Below, in pieces: positions 50,800 to 59,796 of a stretch of DNA of 64,000 nt; position 1 is the stretch's first letter; each line of letters opens with the position of its first letter. The position numbers and the translations under genes are program-made. Origin of the DNA: Pseudomonadota bacterium (GTDB lineage Bacteria; Pseudomonadota; Gammaproteobacteria; Burkholderiales; Burkholderiaceae_D). The stretch lies in contig JBFLVV010000011.1 in assembly GCA_040758275.1 (NCBI GenBank), forward strand, positions 6,648 to 70,647, written 5' to 3'. The notes below the pieces were generated by a model, which had not been told where the DNA came from, did not search any database, and worked only from the letters and a program-made list of their open reading frames with translations.

Positions 50800-52007
50800 A
50801 ACAGAGGCTGGTCGTGGTCGGCAACGGCATGGCCGGCATGCGCACCGTCGAGGAGCTGTTGAAGCTCGACCCGGGCATGTACGACATCACCGTGTTCGGC
50901 GCGGAGCCGCGCGTGAATTACAACCGTATCCTGCTGTCTCCCGTACTGGCGGGCGAAAAGCAGCCGGAAGACATCGTGTTGCACCCGCGCGCCTGGTACG
51001 AGGAACACGGCATCGCCCTGCATGCGGGCGATCCGGTGGTGGCCATCGACCGCCATCGCCGCGTGGTGCGCGCGCGATCGGGGCTGGAAGTGGGCTACGA
51101 CCGGCTGCTGCTGGCGACCGGTTCGAGTCCCTTCATCGTACCGGTGCCGGGGGCGAAGCTGCCCGGCGTGATCGGTTTCCGCGACCTCGACGACGTCGAC
51201 ACCATGCTGGCGGCGGCCGGTCGCGGCGGCCATGCGGTCGTCATCGGCGGCGGCCTGCTCGGCCTCGAAGCGGCGAACGGCCTGCTGCGGCGCGGCATGG
51301 CGGTGACGGTGGTCCACCTCACCGACAGCCTGATGAACCAGCAGCTCGACCCGCAGGCAGCGCTGCTGCTCAAGGCGGCGCTGGAGCGGCGCGGCCTGCG
51401 CATCCTGCTGGGCGCGCAGACGGAAAGCATCGCAGGCAGAGACAAGGTGGAAGCGGTGCGCTTCGCCGACGGCCTCGAGGTGCCGGCCGACCTGGTCGTG
51501 ATGGCGGCCGGCGTGCGGCCGAACATCGCCCTGGCGCGCGAGGCCGGCCTGTACTGCGAACGCGCCGTCGTCGTCGACGACACCCTGCAGACCTATGACC
51601 CGCGCGTGTATGCGGTGGGCGAATGCGTCCAGCACCGCAAGGCGACCTTCGGCCTGGTGGCGCCGATCTGGGAACAGGCGCGCGTCTGCGCCGCCCACCT
51701 GGCCGGCTGCGGCCACCGCCGCTACGTGCAACAGGCGACCGCCACCAAGCTGAAGGTCACCGGCATCGACCTGTACTCGGCCGGCGACATTGTCGGCCTG
51801 GAGGGCAGCGAAGACCTGGTGCTGCGCGACCGCCATGCCGGCGTGTACAAGCGCCTGGTGCTGGCCGGGAACCGCGTCACCGGCGCCGTGCTGTACGGCG
51901 ACGTGGCGGACGGGCCCTGGTACTTCGACCTGATCCAGAGCGGCGCCGACATCTCCGCGATCCGCGACCGCCTGCTGTTCGGCCCGGCCCTGTGCGAGGC
52001 AGCGTGA
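50784..52007 (+). CDS. NAD(P)H/FAD electron-transfer subunit of assimilatory nitrate reductase (NirB N-terminal-like)
   Basis: VVVGNGMAG, YNRILLSPVL, GGGLLGLEAA, AVGECVQH and TKLKVTGIDL. No siroheme domain. Confidence 0.88.
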   Translation: MDRPVKQRLVVVGNGMAGMRTVEELLKLDPGMYDITVFGAEPRVNYNRILLSPVLAGEKQPEDIVLHPRAWYEEHGIALHAGDPVVAIDRHRRVVRARSGLEVGYDRLLLATGSSPFIVPVPGAKLPGVIGFRDLDDVDTMLAAAGRGGHAVVIGGGLLGLEAANGLLRRGMAVTVVHLTDSLMNQQLDPQAALLLKAALERRGLRILLGAQTESIAGRDKVEAVRFADGLEVPADLVVMAAGVRPNIALAREAGLYCERAVVVDDTLQTYDPRVYAVGECVQHRKATFGLVAPIWEQARVCAAHLAGCGHRRYVQQATATKLKVTGIDLYSAGDIVGLEGSEDLVLRDRHAGVYKRLVLAGNRVTGAVLYGDVADGPWYFDLIQSGADISAIRDRLLFGPALCEAA

Positions 52008-54685
52008 TGGGAGCGCCCATCGTTCCCATCGCCGCGGCGGTGCGCACCACCTGTCCCTATTGCGGCGTAGGGTGCGGCGTGAAAGCCACGCCCATGGCGG
52101 ACGGCGCCCTGATCGAGGGCGACCCGGAGCACATGGCGAGCCGTGGCCGCTTGTGCGTGAAGGGTTCGGCGCTGGGCGAAACCCTGGGCCTGGACGGCCG
52201 CCTGCTGGCGCCCGCGATGCGCGAGGAGGGCGGCCTGCGCACGGCGGGCTGGGACGAGGCGCTCGACAAGGTCGCGACAACCTTCGCCGCCATCATCGCC
52301 GAGCATGGTCCGGACGCGGTGGCGCTCTACGTCTCCGGCCAGCTGCTCACCGAAGACTACTACGTCGCCAACAAGTTCATGAAGGGTTTTGTCGGCAGCG
52401 CCAACATCGACACCAATTCGCGCCTGTGCATGTCCTCGAGCGTCGCCGGCCACAAGCGCGCCTTCGGCGAAGACCTGGTGCCCGGCTGCTACGAGGACTT
52501 CGAGCTGGCCGACCTGATCGTGCTGGTCGGCTCGAACACGGCCTGGTGCCACCCGACCCTGTTCCAGCGCATCGTGAAGGCGAGGGAAGCACGTCCCGGC
52601 CTGCGCATCGTCGCCATCGACCCGCGCCGCACGGCCACCTGCGAGCTGGCCGACCTGCACCTGCCCATCAAGGCGGGCAGCGATGTCTGGCTCTTCAACG
52701 GCCTGCTGGCCTACCTGGCGCAAACCGGGGCCGTCGATGCGGACTTCGTGGCCGCGCACACGCAGGGACTGGATGGCGCCCTGGCGGCGGCCGCCGAATG
52801 CGCGGATATCGGCTTCGTGGCGCGCAGCTGCGGCATCGATCCGCGCCTCGTGACCGAGTTCTACGAGGCTTTCGCCGCCACGGGCAAGACCGTCACCGCC
52901 TATTCGCAGGGCGTGAACCAGTCTTCCAGCGGCACCGACAAGGTCAACGCCATCATCAACTGCCACCTGATCACCAAGCGCATCGGCAAGCCGGGCATGG
53001 GCCCGTTCTCCCTGACGGGCCAGCCCAATGCCATGGGCGGGCGTGAAGTCGGCGGCCTCGCGAACATGCTCGCCAGCCATCTCGAACTCGACCAGCCCGC
53101 GCACCGCGAGCTGGTGCGCAGCTTCTGGGATGCCCCAAAGATGGCCGCCAGACCCGGCCTGAAGGCGGTCGACCTGTTCCGCGCCATCGAGGAGGGCAGC
53201 GTCAAGGCGGTCTGGATCATGGCCACCAATCCGGTGGTGAGCCTGCCCGACGCCGACCAGGTGCGGCGTGCGCTGGCGCGCTGCGAGCTGGTGGTGGTGT
53301 CGGACATGACGGCCGCCACCGACACCGCCGAACTCGCCGACGTGCTGCTGCCGGCCCTGGGTTGGGGAGAAAAGGACGGCACGGTCACCAATTCGGAACG
53401 CTGCATTTCGCGCCAGCGCGCCTTCCTGCCGGCGCCCGGCCAGGCGCGCGCCGACTGGTGGGTGCTCTGCCAGGTGGCCCGGCGCATGGGCTACCGGGGA
53501 TTCGATTACGCGGACGCCCACGCCATCTTCGACGAGCACGCCCGGCTGTCCGGCTGGCGCAATGAGGCTGGAGGCGCGCCGCGCGCCTTCCGCATCGACG
53601 GCCTGGCTGGCCTGGACCGCGCGGCCTACGACGCCCTCGAACCGGTCCAGTGGCCGGTGCCGCCAGGAGGCGAGGGCACGCCGAGGCTGTTCGCCGACGG
53701 CAGCTATGCCCATGCCGATGGCAAGGCGCGCTTCATCGCGACCAGTCCGCGCCTGCCGGCCAATGCGGCCGGCGGCGACTACCCCTTGACCCTGAACACC
53801 GGCCGCCTGCGCGACCAGTGGCACACCATGACGCGCACCGGCAAGTCGCCCCGCCTGGCCGGCCACGCGCCCGAGCCCTTCGTCGACATGCACCCGCACG
53901 ACGCGCTGCTGGCCGGCGTGCGCGAGGGAGAACTGGCGCGCGTGCGCAGCCGCTGGGGCACGCTGGTGGCGCGGGTCAGCCACGGCGGCGGCATCGCGCG
54001 CGGCAGCGCCTTCGTTCCGATTCACTGGACCGGCCAGAACGCCTCCGACGCACGGGTGGGGGCGGTCGTGAATCCCGCCGTCGACCCGGTCTCGGGCGAG
54101 CCGGAATTCAAGCACACGCCGGTGCGGGTCGAACCTTTTGCCCTGGCCTGGCACGGCTTCATCCTCAACCGCGCGCCGCTCGACCTGTCGGGCGTCGCCA
54201 ACTGGACGCGGGTCTGCGGCAGCGGTTTCCTGCGCTATGAACTGGGCGGCCGCGAAGCCGTCTCGCCGGAGTGGGCGAGGGCGCTGCTGGGTGCGGGAAG
54301 CGATGCGGACTGGATCGAATACGAGGACCGGACCGAAGGCATGCTGCGCTGCGCCCTGCTGGCCGGTGGGCGCCTGCAGGCCTGCCTGTTCGTCTCGCGC
54401 AGGCCGGACCTGCCGGCGCGCAGCTGGCTGGGCGGCCTGTTCGCCCAGGACGAATTGTCGGTCCGCGACCGCGCCACCCTGCTGGCCGGGCGTGCCGCGG
54501 TCCAGGGCAGCGATCCGGGACCGACGGTCTGCGCCTGCTTCGGCGTCGGCCGCAACACCATCCGCAGCGCCATCGTGCAGCAAAACCTGAAGGATACGGG
54601 CGCCGTCACCGCCTGCCTGCGCGCGGGCGGCAATTGCGGCTCCTGCCTGCCGGAGATCCGGCAACTGCTGGCCGAACCGCGCTAG
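52007..54685 (+). CDS. nasA: Assimilatory nitrate reductase catalytic subunit (Mo-bisPGD)
   Basis: TTCPYCGVGCG, NIDTNSRLCMSS, GQPNAMGGREVGG, LNTGRLRDQWHTMTRTG and C-terminal CACFGVG/CGSC BFD domain. Confidence 0.95.
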   Translation: MGAPIVPIAAAVRTTCPYCGVGCGVKATPMADGALIEGDPEHMASRGRLCVKGSALGETLGLDGRLLAPAMREEGGLRTAGWDEALDKVATTFAAIIAEHGPDAVALYVSGQLLTEDYYVANKFMKGFVGSANIDTNSRLCMSSSVAGHKRAFGEDLVPGCYEDFELADLIVLVGSNTAWCHPTLFQRIVKAREARPGLRIVAIDPRRTATCELADLHLPIKAGSDVWLFNGLLAYLAQTGAVDADFVAAHTQGLDGALAAAAECADIGFVARSCGIDPRLVTEFYEAFAATGKTVTAYSQGVNQSSSGTDKVNAIINCHLITKRIGKPGMGPFSLTGQPNAMGGREVGGLANMLASHLELDQPAHRELVRSFWDAPKMAARPGLKAVDLFRAIEEGSVKAVWIMATNPVVSLPDADQVRRALARCELVVVSDMTAATDTAELADVLLPALGWGEKDGTVTNSERCISRQRAFLPAPGQARADWWVLCQVARRMGYRGFDYADAHAIFDEHARLSGWRNEAGGAPRAFRIDGLAGLDRAAYDALEPVQWPVPPGGEGTPRLFADGSYAHADGKARFIATSPRLPANAAGGDYPLTLNTGRLRDQWHTMTRTGKSPRLAGHAPEPFVDMHPHDALLAGVREGELARVRSRWGTLVARVSHGGGIARGSAFVPIHWTGQNASDARVGAVVNPAVDPVSGEPEFKHTPVRVEPFALAWHGFILNRAPLDLSGVANWTRVCGSGFLRYELGGREAVSPEWARALLGAGSDADWIEYEDRTEGMLRCALLAGGRLQACLFVSRRPDLPARSWLGGLFAQDELSVRDRATLLAGRAAVQGSDPGPTVCACFGVGRNTIRSAIVQQNLKDTGAVTACLRAGGNCGSCLPEIRQLLAEPR

Positions 54686-54706
54686 CGCCTCCTGCGCACC
54701 CCTCAC

Positions 54707-54738
54707 AGGCCGGACAGCCCCGCTGTTCCGGCCTTTTA
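54707..54738 (+). terminator. Rho-independent terminator of the nas operon
   Basis: AGGCCGGACAGC-CCC-GCTGTTCCGGCCT (one bulge) followed by a T-run. Confidence 0.75.
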
Positions 54739-55066
54739 TGCGTCGTAAATGACCTCCTCATGACGCGTCCCCATCTTCCCTCTGTAAACACAGGAAACTG
54801 TGGCAAAACCGCAACAAACATGTTTAGGAAAACGGGGCTAAACTGCGCAGCTTTTTTGAAACTCAGTTGAGTTCCTCAAACCAACTTTGTATAACTGCCA
54901 CAACCGAAGTGCCATACCCAGAGACGCAGAGCCACCAGCATCACCGTTTAGTAAATGATGCCAAACGCACCTGCTGGCGCCGGTCCAAGTGTGCCGCGAG
55001 CCGGGAGTGTCCCCCGGTTGCGACAGATAAAGAGCCCATCCACAGGGCACAATAAGGAGATGTGAA

Positions 55067-58000
55067 ATGATGTTCAGCAAAGTTCTTGCATCGCGCCATG
55101 CCGTGCGTCCAAGCGCCACCCCCATCGCCACCGCGGTTGCGATGGCGGTCTTGAGCATGAGCGCCCAGGCCCAGACCACCACCGATGCACCGGCGGCCGG
55201 ACAAGCCGAGCCGGGCAAGGCGACCACCGTGGTCGTGACCGGCTACCGCTACGCGATCGAGAAGAGCCTCGACCAGAAGCGCGACGCGAACGCGATCGTC
55301 GAGGTCGTCACCGCCGAAGACGTCGGCAAATTCCCGGACAAGAACGTCGCGGACGCGCTTCAGCGCGTGCCGGGCGTGGTCGTCACCCGCAGCGGCGGCG
55401 AAGGCAAGAACGTCAGCGTGCGCGGCCTGTCGTCGGAACTGACGCTGACCCAGCTGAACGGCAACTACATCGCTACCGCCGAATCGAACGGCGATCCGAC
55501 CCGTTCCTTCAACTACACCCTGATGCCCTCGAACATGCTGGGCAGCGCCGAGCTGTACAAGACGCCGGAAGCGCGCCTCGACGAAGGCGGCATCGGCGGC
55601 ACCGTCATCCTGCGCACCCGCCGTCCGCTGGACGTCGAGTCGGGCAGCGGCTTCGTGAACATGGAAGGCACCTGGGCCGACACCACCAAGAAGACCGATC
55701 CCCAGATCTCCGGCCAGTACGCCTGGCACGACAAGAGCAACCGTTTCGGCGTGCTGGTCGGCTTCACCCAGCAGAAGCGCACCGTGCGCACCATGAGCGC
55801 GACCACCGAGAACTGGCAGTGGTATGGCGACGACTACGATGGCCACCCGGCGACCGACGTCAACGGCAAGCCTTCGGACCTGAATTCCTACTGGTGGGGC
55901 GAGTCGGGCTTCAATGACCAGAACGGCAAGTACTACACCAACTTCATGATGCCGACCTCGGTCAACTTCAACGTCCGCGAAGAAGAGCGCGAGCGCAAGG
56001 GCGGCCAGGTGACCCTGCAGTTCAAGCCGCTGCGCAACCTGAACATGACGGCGAACTACTTCCGCTTCGACCTGAAGCAGAATTCGCAGACCAACACCCT
56101 GAAGGTTCCGGAATGGAACATCGCGCGCTACGCCGGCGACGGCAACTGGCCGGGCGGCCGCCTGCTCGACGGCCTCACCTTCGATCCGAGCGGCACCATC
56201 GTCACCGGCGCCGACTACAGCATCCATCCGGGCAAGGCCTACTACTGCAGCGAAGCCCAGGCGGCCGCTGCCGGCCAGAAGCCGGGCGGTTGGGGTCCTG
56301 ACGACTGCACCGTGCCGACCCCGCAGATCACCGGCAGCTACAACCGCGAGAAATCGCTGTCGCAAGCCTTCGACCTCGAAGTCGAATGGAAGGGCGAGTC
56401 CATCGACGCCACCTTCAAGGGCGGCCGTACCTGGGCCAAGGGCGGCCCGGAACTGCAGTTCTCGGCGCCGATGAAGCCGCGCATGCAGAACGCCGACGGC
56501 AGCTGGTCGCTGGGTAACACCGCCACCTCCTGGAGCCTGGCGGGCACCCCGAGCATGACCTTCTCGCCGCAGCTGATGGCCAACCTGCGCAACGGCATCG
56601 CCGAGATCGACCTCGGTTCGACCGCCTCTTCCTGGACCAAGAACAGCACCGAACAGAACTACGCCCAGGCCGACTTCACCTGGCACACCGACAGCAGCTG
56701 GCTCGATTCGGTGCAGTTCGGCGCCAAGTACCGCGATGGCGGCATCAGCCGCAGCACCGGCAACAACTACTGGACCTGCAAGGGCCTGACCGGCTACGAC
56801 AACCGCTACCAGAACGGCTGCGACAACAACGCCAACAAGTTCCGTCCGGAATTCATGTACAGCGAGTCGCTGCCGAACATCGTCGGCGCCATCAATGCCA
56901 GCGCTTTCCCGGGCATTAACTTCCCGGCCTACATCAGCTACCTGAACAGCACCTATGGTGCGATGCAGACCCGTAACGAAGACAACTTCGTGTACAACGT
57001 CGACGAGAAGATCTCGGCCCTGTACTTCCAGGCCAACATCAAGACCGAGCGCCTGCGCGGTAACGTCGGCCTGCGCTACGTCCGCACCAAGCAGCATGCG
57101 GATTCGACGGACCAGGTCGATTACTACAACGACTACTTCTTCAACGGTCCTGACGGCAAACCGGCGCCTTGCCTCGCGGGCGGCGCACCGGCTGCCGGCG
57201 CACCGAGCGGCTCGGGTTGCATCAGCGGCTTCACCGTCCTGCCGGACAGCAACACCAACCCGGCAACCCGCCACATCTCGACCTTCGAGATCAGCGCGCT
57301 GGACCGCACCTACAACGACCTGCTGCCGAGCTTTAACCTGGCATACGACCTGAGCGACACCCTGCTGCTGCGCGCCGCCGCATCGAAGGTGATCGCACGT
57401 CCGAGCTATGGCGACATCGGCTCGCCGGGCAGCCTGCGCTACTTCAGCCAGGAATACGTCAACGACCGCCGCCTGATCGGTGGCGGCGACCAGCAGGGCT
57501 GGTATGGTTCGGGCAGCAACAAGAGCCTGGAACCGTACCAGGCCGACCAGTATGACCTGGGCCTGGAGTGGTACTTCCAGCGCGGCTCGGTGCTGGGTGG
57601 CGGCCTGTTCCGCAAGAACGTGAAGAACTTCTCGGTGCCCGTGGTCCGTGACATCCAGCTGAGCATCGCCGGCCAGAACGTGACCGTGCAGAACTACAGC
57701 ACCAGCGCCGGCGGCCGTGACGCGGTGTCGCAGGGTGTCGAGCTGTACACCCAGCACACCTTCAACAACGGCATCGGCTTCCAGCTGAACTACACGTACA
57801 ACGACACCAACCAGGCCGCCATCACCCTGGAAGACGGCACCGAGATCGGCAAGTCGCCGCTGGTCGGCAGCGCCAAGAACCAGACCAACCTGACCGTGTT
57901 CTACTCGAACGACAAGATGCTGCTGCGCGCTTCGTACAACCGCCGCGGCGAGGTCGTGAACGGACTGGTCAACGGCCTGAACGTGTATGAAGAGCCGTAC

Positions 58001-58180
58001 AGCCAGATCGACCTGAACGCGGCCTACAACTTCACCAAGCAGCTCAGCCTGACCGCCTCGGTGCTGAACCTGACGAAGGAAGAGACCCGCGCCTATCTGG
58101 GCAACGACACCAAGAACCGCTTCTACTCGAACGGTTACACCGGACGTGTCGCTTACGTGGGCCTGAACTACAAGTTCTAA
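55067..58180 (+). CDS. TonB-dependent receptor (carbohydrate-locus type)
   Basis: Signal peptide, TonB box TVVVTG, AEDVGKFPDKNVADALQRVPGV, GEGKNVSVRGL, LDEGGIGGTV and terminal YVGLNYKF. SD AAGGAG. Confidence 0.96.
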   Translation: MMFSKVLASRHAVRPSATPIATAVAMAVLSMSAQAQTTTDAPAAGQAEPGKATTVVVTGYRYAIEKSLDQKRDANAIVEVVTAEDVGKFPDKNVADALQRVPGVVVTRSGGEGKNVSVRGLSSELTLTQLNGNYIATAESNGDPTRSFNYTLMPSNMLGSAELYKTPEARLDEGGIGGTVILRTRRPLDVESGSGFVNMEGTWADTTKKTDPQISGQYAWHDKSNRFGVLVGFTQQKRTVRTMSATTENWQWYGDDYDGHPATDVNGKPSDLNSYWWGESGFNDQNGKYYTNFMMPTSVNFNVREEERERKGGQVTLQFKPLRNLNMTANYFRFDLKQNSQTNTLKVPEWNIARYAGDGNWPGGRLLDGLTFDPSGTIVTGADYSIHPGKAYYCSEAQAAAAGQKPGGWGPDDCTVPTPQITGSYNREKSLSQAFDLEVEWKGESIDATFKGGRTWAKGGPELQFSAPMKPRMQNADGSWSLGNTATSWSLAGTPSMTFSPQLMANLRNGIAEIDLGSTASSWTKNSTEQNYAQADFTWHTDSSWLDSVQFGAKYRDGGISRSTGNNYWTCKGLTGYDNRYQNGCDNNANKFRPEFMYSESLPNIVGAINASAFPGINFPAYISYLNSTYGAMQTRNEDNFVYNVDEKISALYFQANIKTERLRGNVGLRYVRTKQHADSTDQVDYYNDYFFNGPDGKPAPCLAGGAPAAGAPSGSGCISGFTVLPDSNTNPATRHISTFEISALDRTYNDLLPSFNLAYDLSDTLLLRAAASKVIARPSYGDIGSPGSLRYFSQEYVNDRRLIGGGDQQGWYGSGSNKSLEPYQADQYDLGLEWYFQRGSVLGGGLFRKNVKNFSVPVVRDIQLSIAGQNVTVQNYSTSAGGRDAVSQGVELYTQHTFNNGIGFQLNYTYNDTNQAAITLEDGTEIGKSPLVGSAKNQTNLTVFYSNDKMLLRASYNRRGEVVNGLVNGLNVYEEPYSQIDLNAAYNFTKQLSLTASVLNLTKEETRAYLGNDTKNRFYSNGYTGRVAYVGLNYKF

Positions 58181-58193
58181 GCGTTTCCGTTTC

Positions 58194-58255
58194 CTCCCCG
58201 GTGCATCCTGCCGGGGAGTCTTTTTCCCAGGCTTTGCCGGTTGTTCCGGCAAGGC
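58194..58255 (+). terminator. Terminator-like hairpin plus a second hairpin between the receptor and the halogenase gene
   Basis: CTCCCCGG/CCGGGGAG followed by TCTTTTT; GCTTTGCCGG/CCGGCAAGGC. Confidence 0.6.
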
Positions 58256-58275
58256 CGTCTTCGTTTGGGACATTC

Positions 58276-59796
58276 ATGGAAAAGCAGGACCGCATCCGTT
58301 CGATCACGGTCGTCGGTGGCGGCAGCGCGGGCTGGATGGCCGCAGCATGCCTCGTCACCTATCTCGGGAAGGGCGCCACCGTCCGTTTGGTCGAGTCCGA
58401 GGAAATCGGCATCGTCGGCGTGGGGGAGGCGAGTGTCCCCCATATCCGCATGTTCAACAGCCAGTGGCTGGGCATCGACGAAGCGGATTTCGTCAAGCGC
58501 ACCCACGCTACCGTCAAGCTGGGCATCGAGTTCAATGACTGGGCCAGGCTCGGCGACAGCTACCTGCACGGCTTCGGCACCATCGGCCGCGCCGTCGGGC
58601 CGCTGCCTTTCCACCAGTTCTGGCTCAAGCTGCACAAGCAGGGACGCGCGGCGCCGATCGGCGCCTATTCGGCGCAGACGGTGATGGCGCCGCAAGGCCG
58701 GTTCGCGCCGGGCGACCGGAACGCGCCTCCGGGCTCGCCCCTGGCCGATATCGCCTATGCATACCACTTCGACGCGACCCTGTATGCGCGCTTCCTGCGC
58801 GAGCTGGCGGAGCAGCGCGGTGTGCAGCGCATCGAAGGCAAGATCGTCAAGGTCAACCAGCGCGCGGACAACGGTTTCATCGAGTCGCTGGTGCTGGAAA
58901 ATGGCCAGCTCGTCGAGGGCGAACTGTTCATCGACTGCTCGGGCTTCCGCGGACTGCTCATCGAAGACACCCTGAAAACTGGCTACGTCGACTGGTCGCA
59001 TTGGCTGCCTTGCGACCGTGCGATGGCCGTGCCCAGCGAGAAGGTCGATCCGATCACGCCGTACACGAAGTCGACCGCGCGCGAGGCCGGCTGGCAGTGG
59101 CGCATTCCGCTGCAGCACCGCACCGGCAACGGCTACGTCTACTCGAGCAAGTACATCAGCGACGATGAGGCAGCAAGCACGCTGCTCGCGAACCTGGACG
59201 GCAAGGCCCTGGCCGATCCGCGCCCGCTGCGTTTCACCACCGGCATGCGCAATAAATTCTGGAACAAGAACGTCGTGGCGCTGGGCCTGGCCAGCGGCTT
59301 CCTGGAGCCGCTCGAGTCGACCAGCATTTATCTCGCGCAGTCGGGCATCACGCGTTTATTGAGCCTGTTCCCGACGCGCGACATGAGCCCCTTGCTCATC
59401 GACCGCTACAACCGCGAATCGGCCTTCGAGTACGAGCGCGTGCGTGACTTCCTGATCCTGCACTACCACGCCACCGAGCGCAACGACACGCCGTTCTGGG
59501 ACTACTGCCGCACCATGCCGGTGCCGGACAGCCTGCGCGAAGCGATGGACCTGTTCCGCTACGACGGACGCTACTTCCGCAACGGCGAGGATTTCTTCGC
59601 GCTGCCAAGCTGGGTCCAGGTGATGCTGGGCCAGCGCATCGTTCCGCAGAACTACCACCCGATCGTCGACGAGATGCCGGAAGAGAAGCTCGTCGAACAC
59701 GTCGAAGGCATCCGCACGCTCATTTCGCGTGCCGTGTCCACCATGCCGACCCACCAGGAGTGGGTCGACCGTTACTGGAAAGCGAACACACTGTGA
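58276..59796 (+). CDS. Tryptophan-halogenase-family flavin-dependent enzyme
   Basis: [24 protein letters not shown] (catalytic Lys position), [14 protein letters not shown] and GFLEPLEST. Confidence 0.92.
   Translation: MEKQDRIRSITVVGGGSAGWMAAACLVTYLGKGATVRLVESEEIGIVGVGEASVPHIRMFNSQWLGIDEADFVKRTHATVKLGIEFNDWARLGDSYLHGFGTIGRAVGPLPFHQFWLKLHKQGRAAPIGAYSAQTVMAPQGRFAPGDRNAPPGSPLADIAYAYHFDATLYARFLRELAEQRGVQRIEGKIVKVNQRADNGFIESLVLENGQLVEGELFIDCSGFRGLLIEDTLKTGYVDWSHWLPCDRAMAVPSEKVDPITPYTKSTAREAGWQWRIPLQHRTGNGYVYSSKYISDDEAASTLLANLDGKALADPRPLRFTTGMRNKFWNKNVVALGLASGFLEPLESTSIYLAQSGITRLLSLFPTRDMSPLLIDRYNRESAFEYERVRDFLILHYHATERNDTPFWDYCRTMPVPDSLREAMDLFRYDGRYFRNGEDFFALPSWVQVMLGQRIVPQNYHPIVDEMPEEKLVEHVEGIRTLISRAVSTMPTHQEWVDRYWKANTL

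Noticed and set aside
54867-55055. 62-aa ORF upstream of the second receptor
   Set aside because: TTG start, no SD, atypical composition; more likely promoter/UTR sequence.
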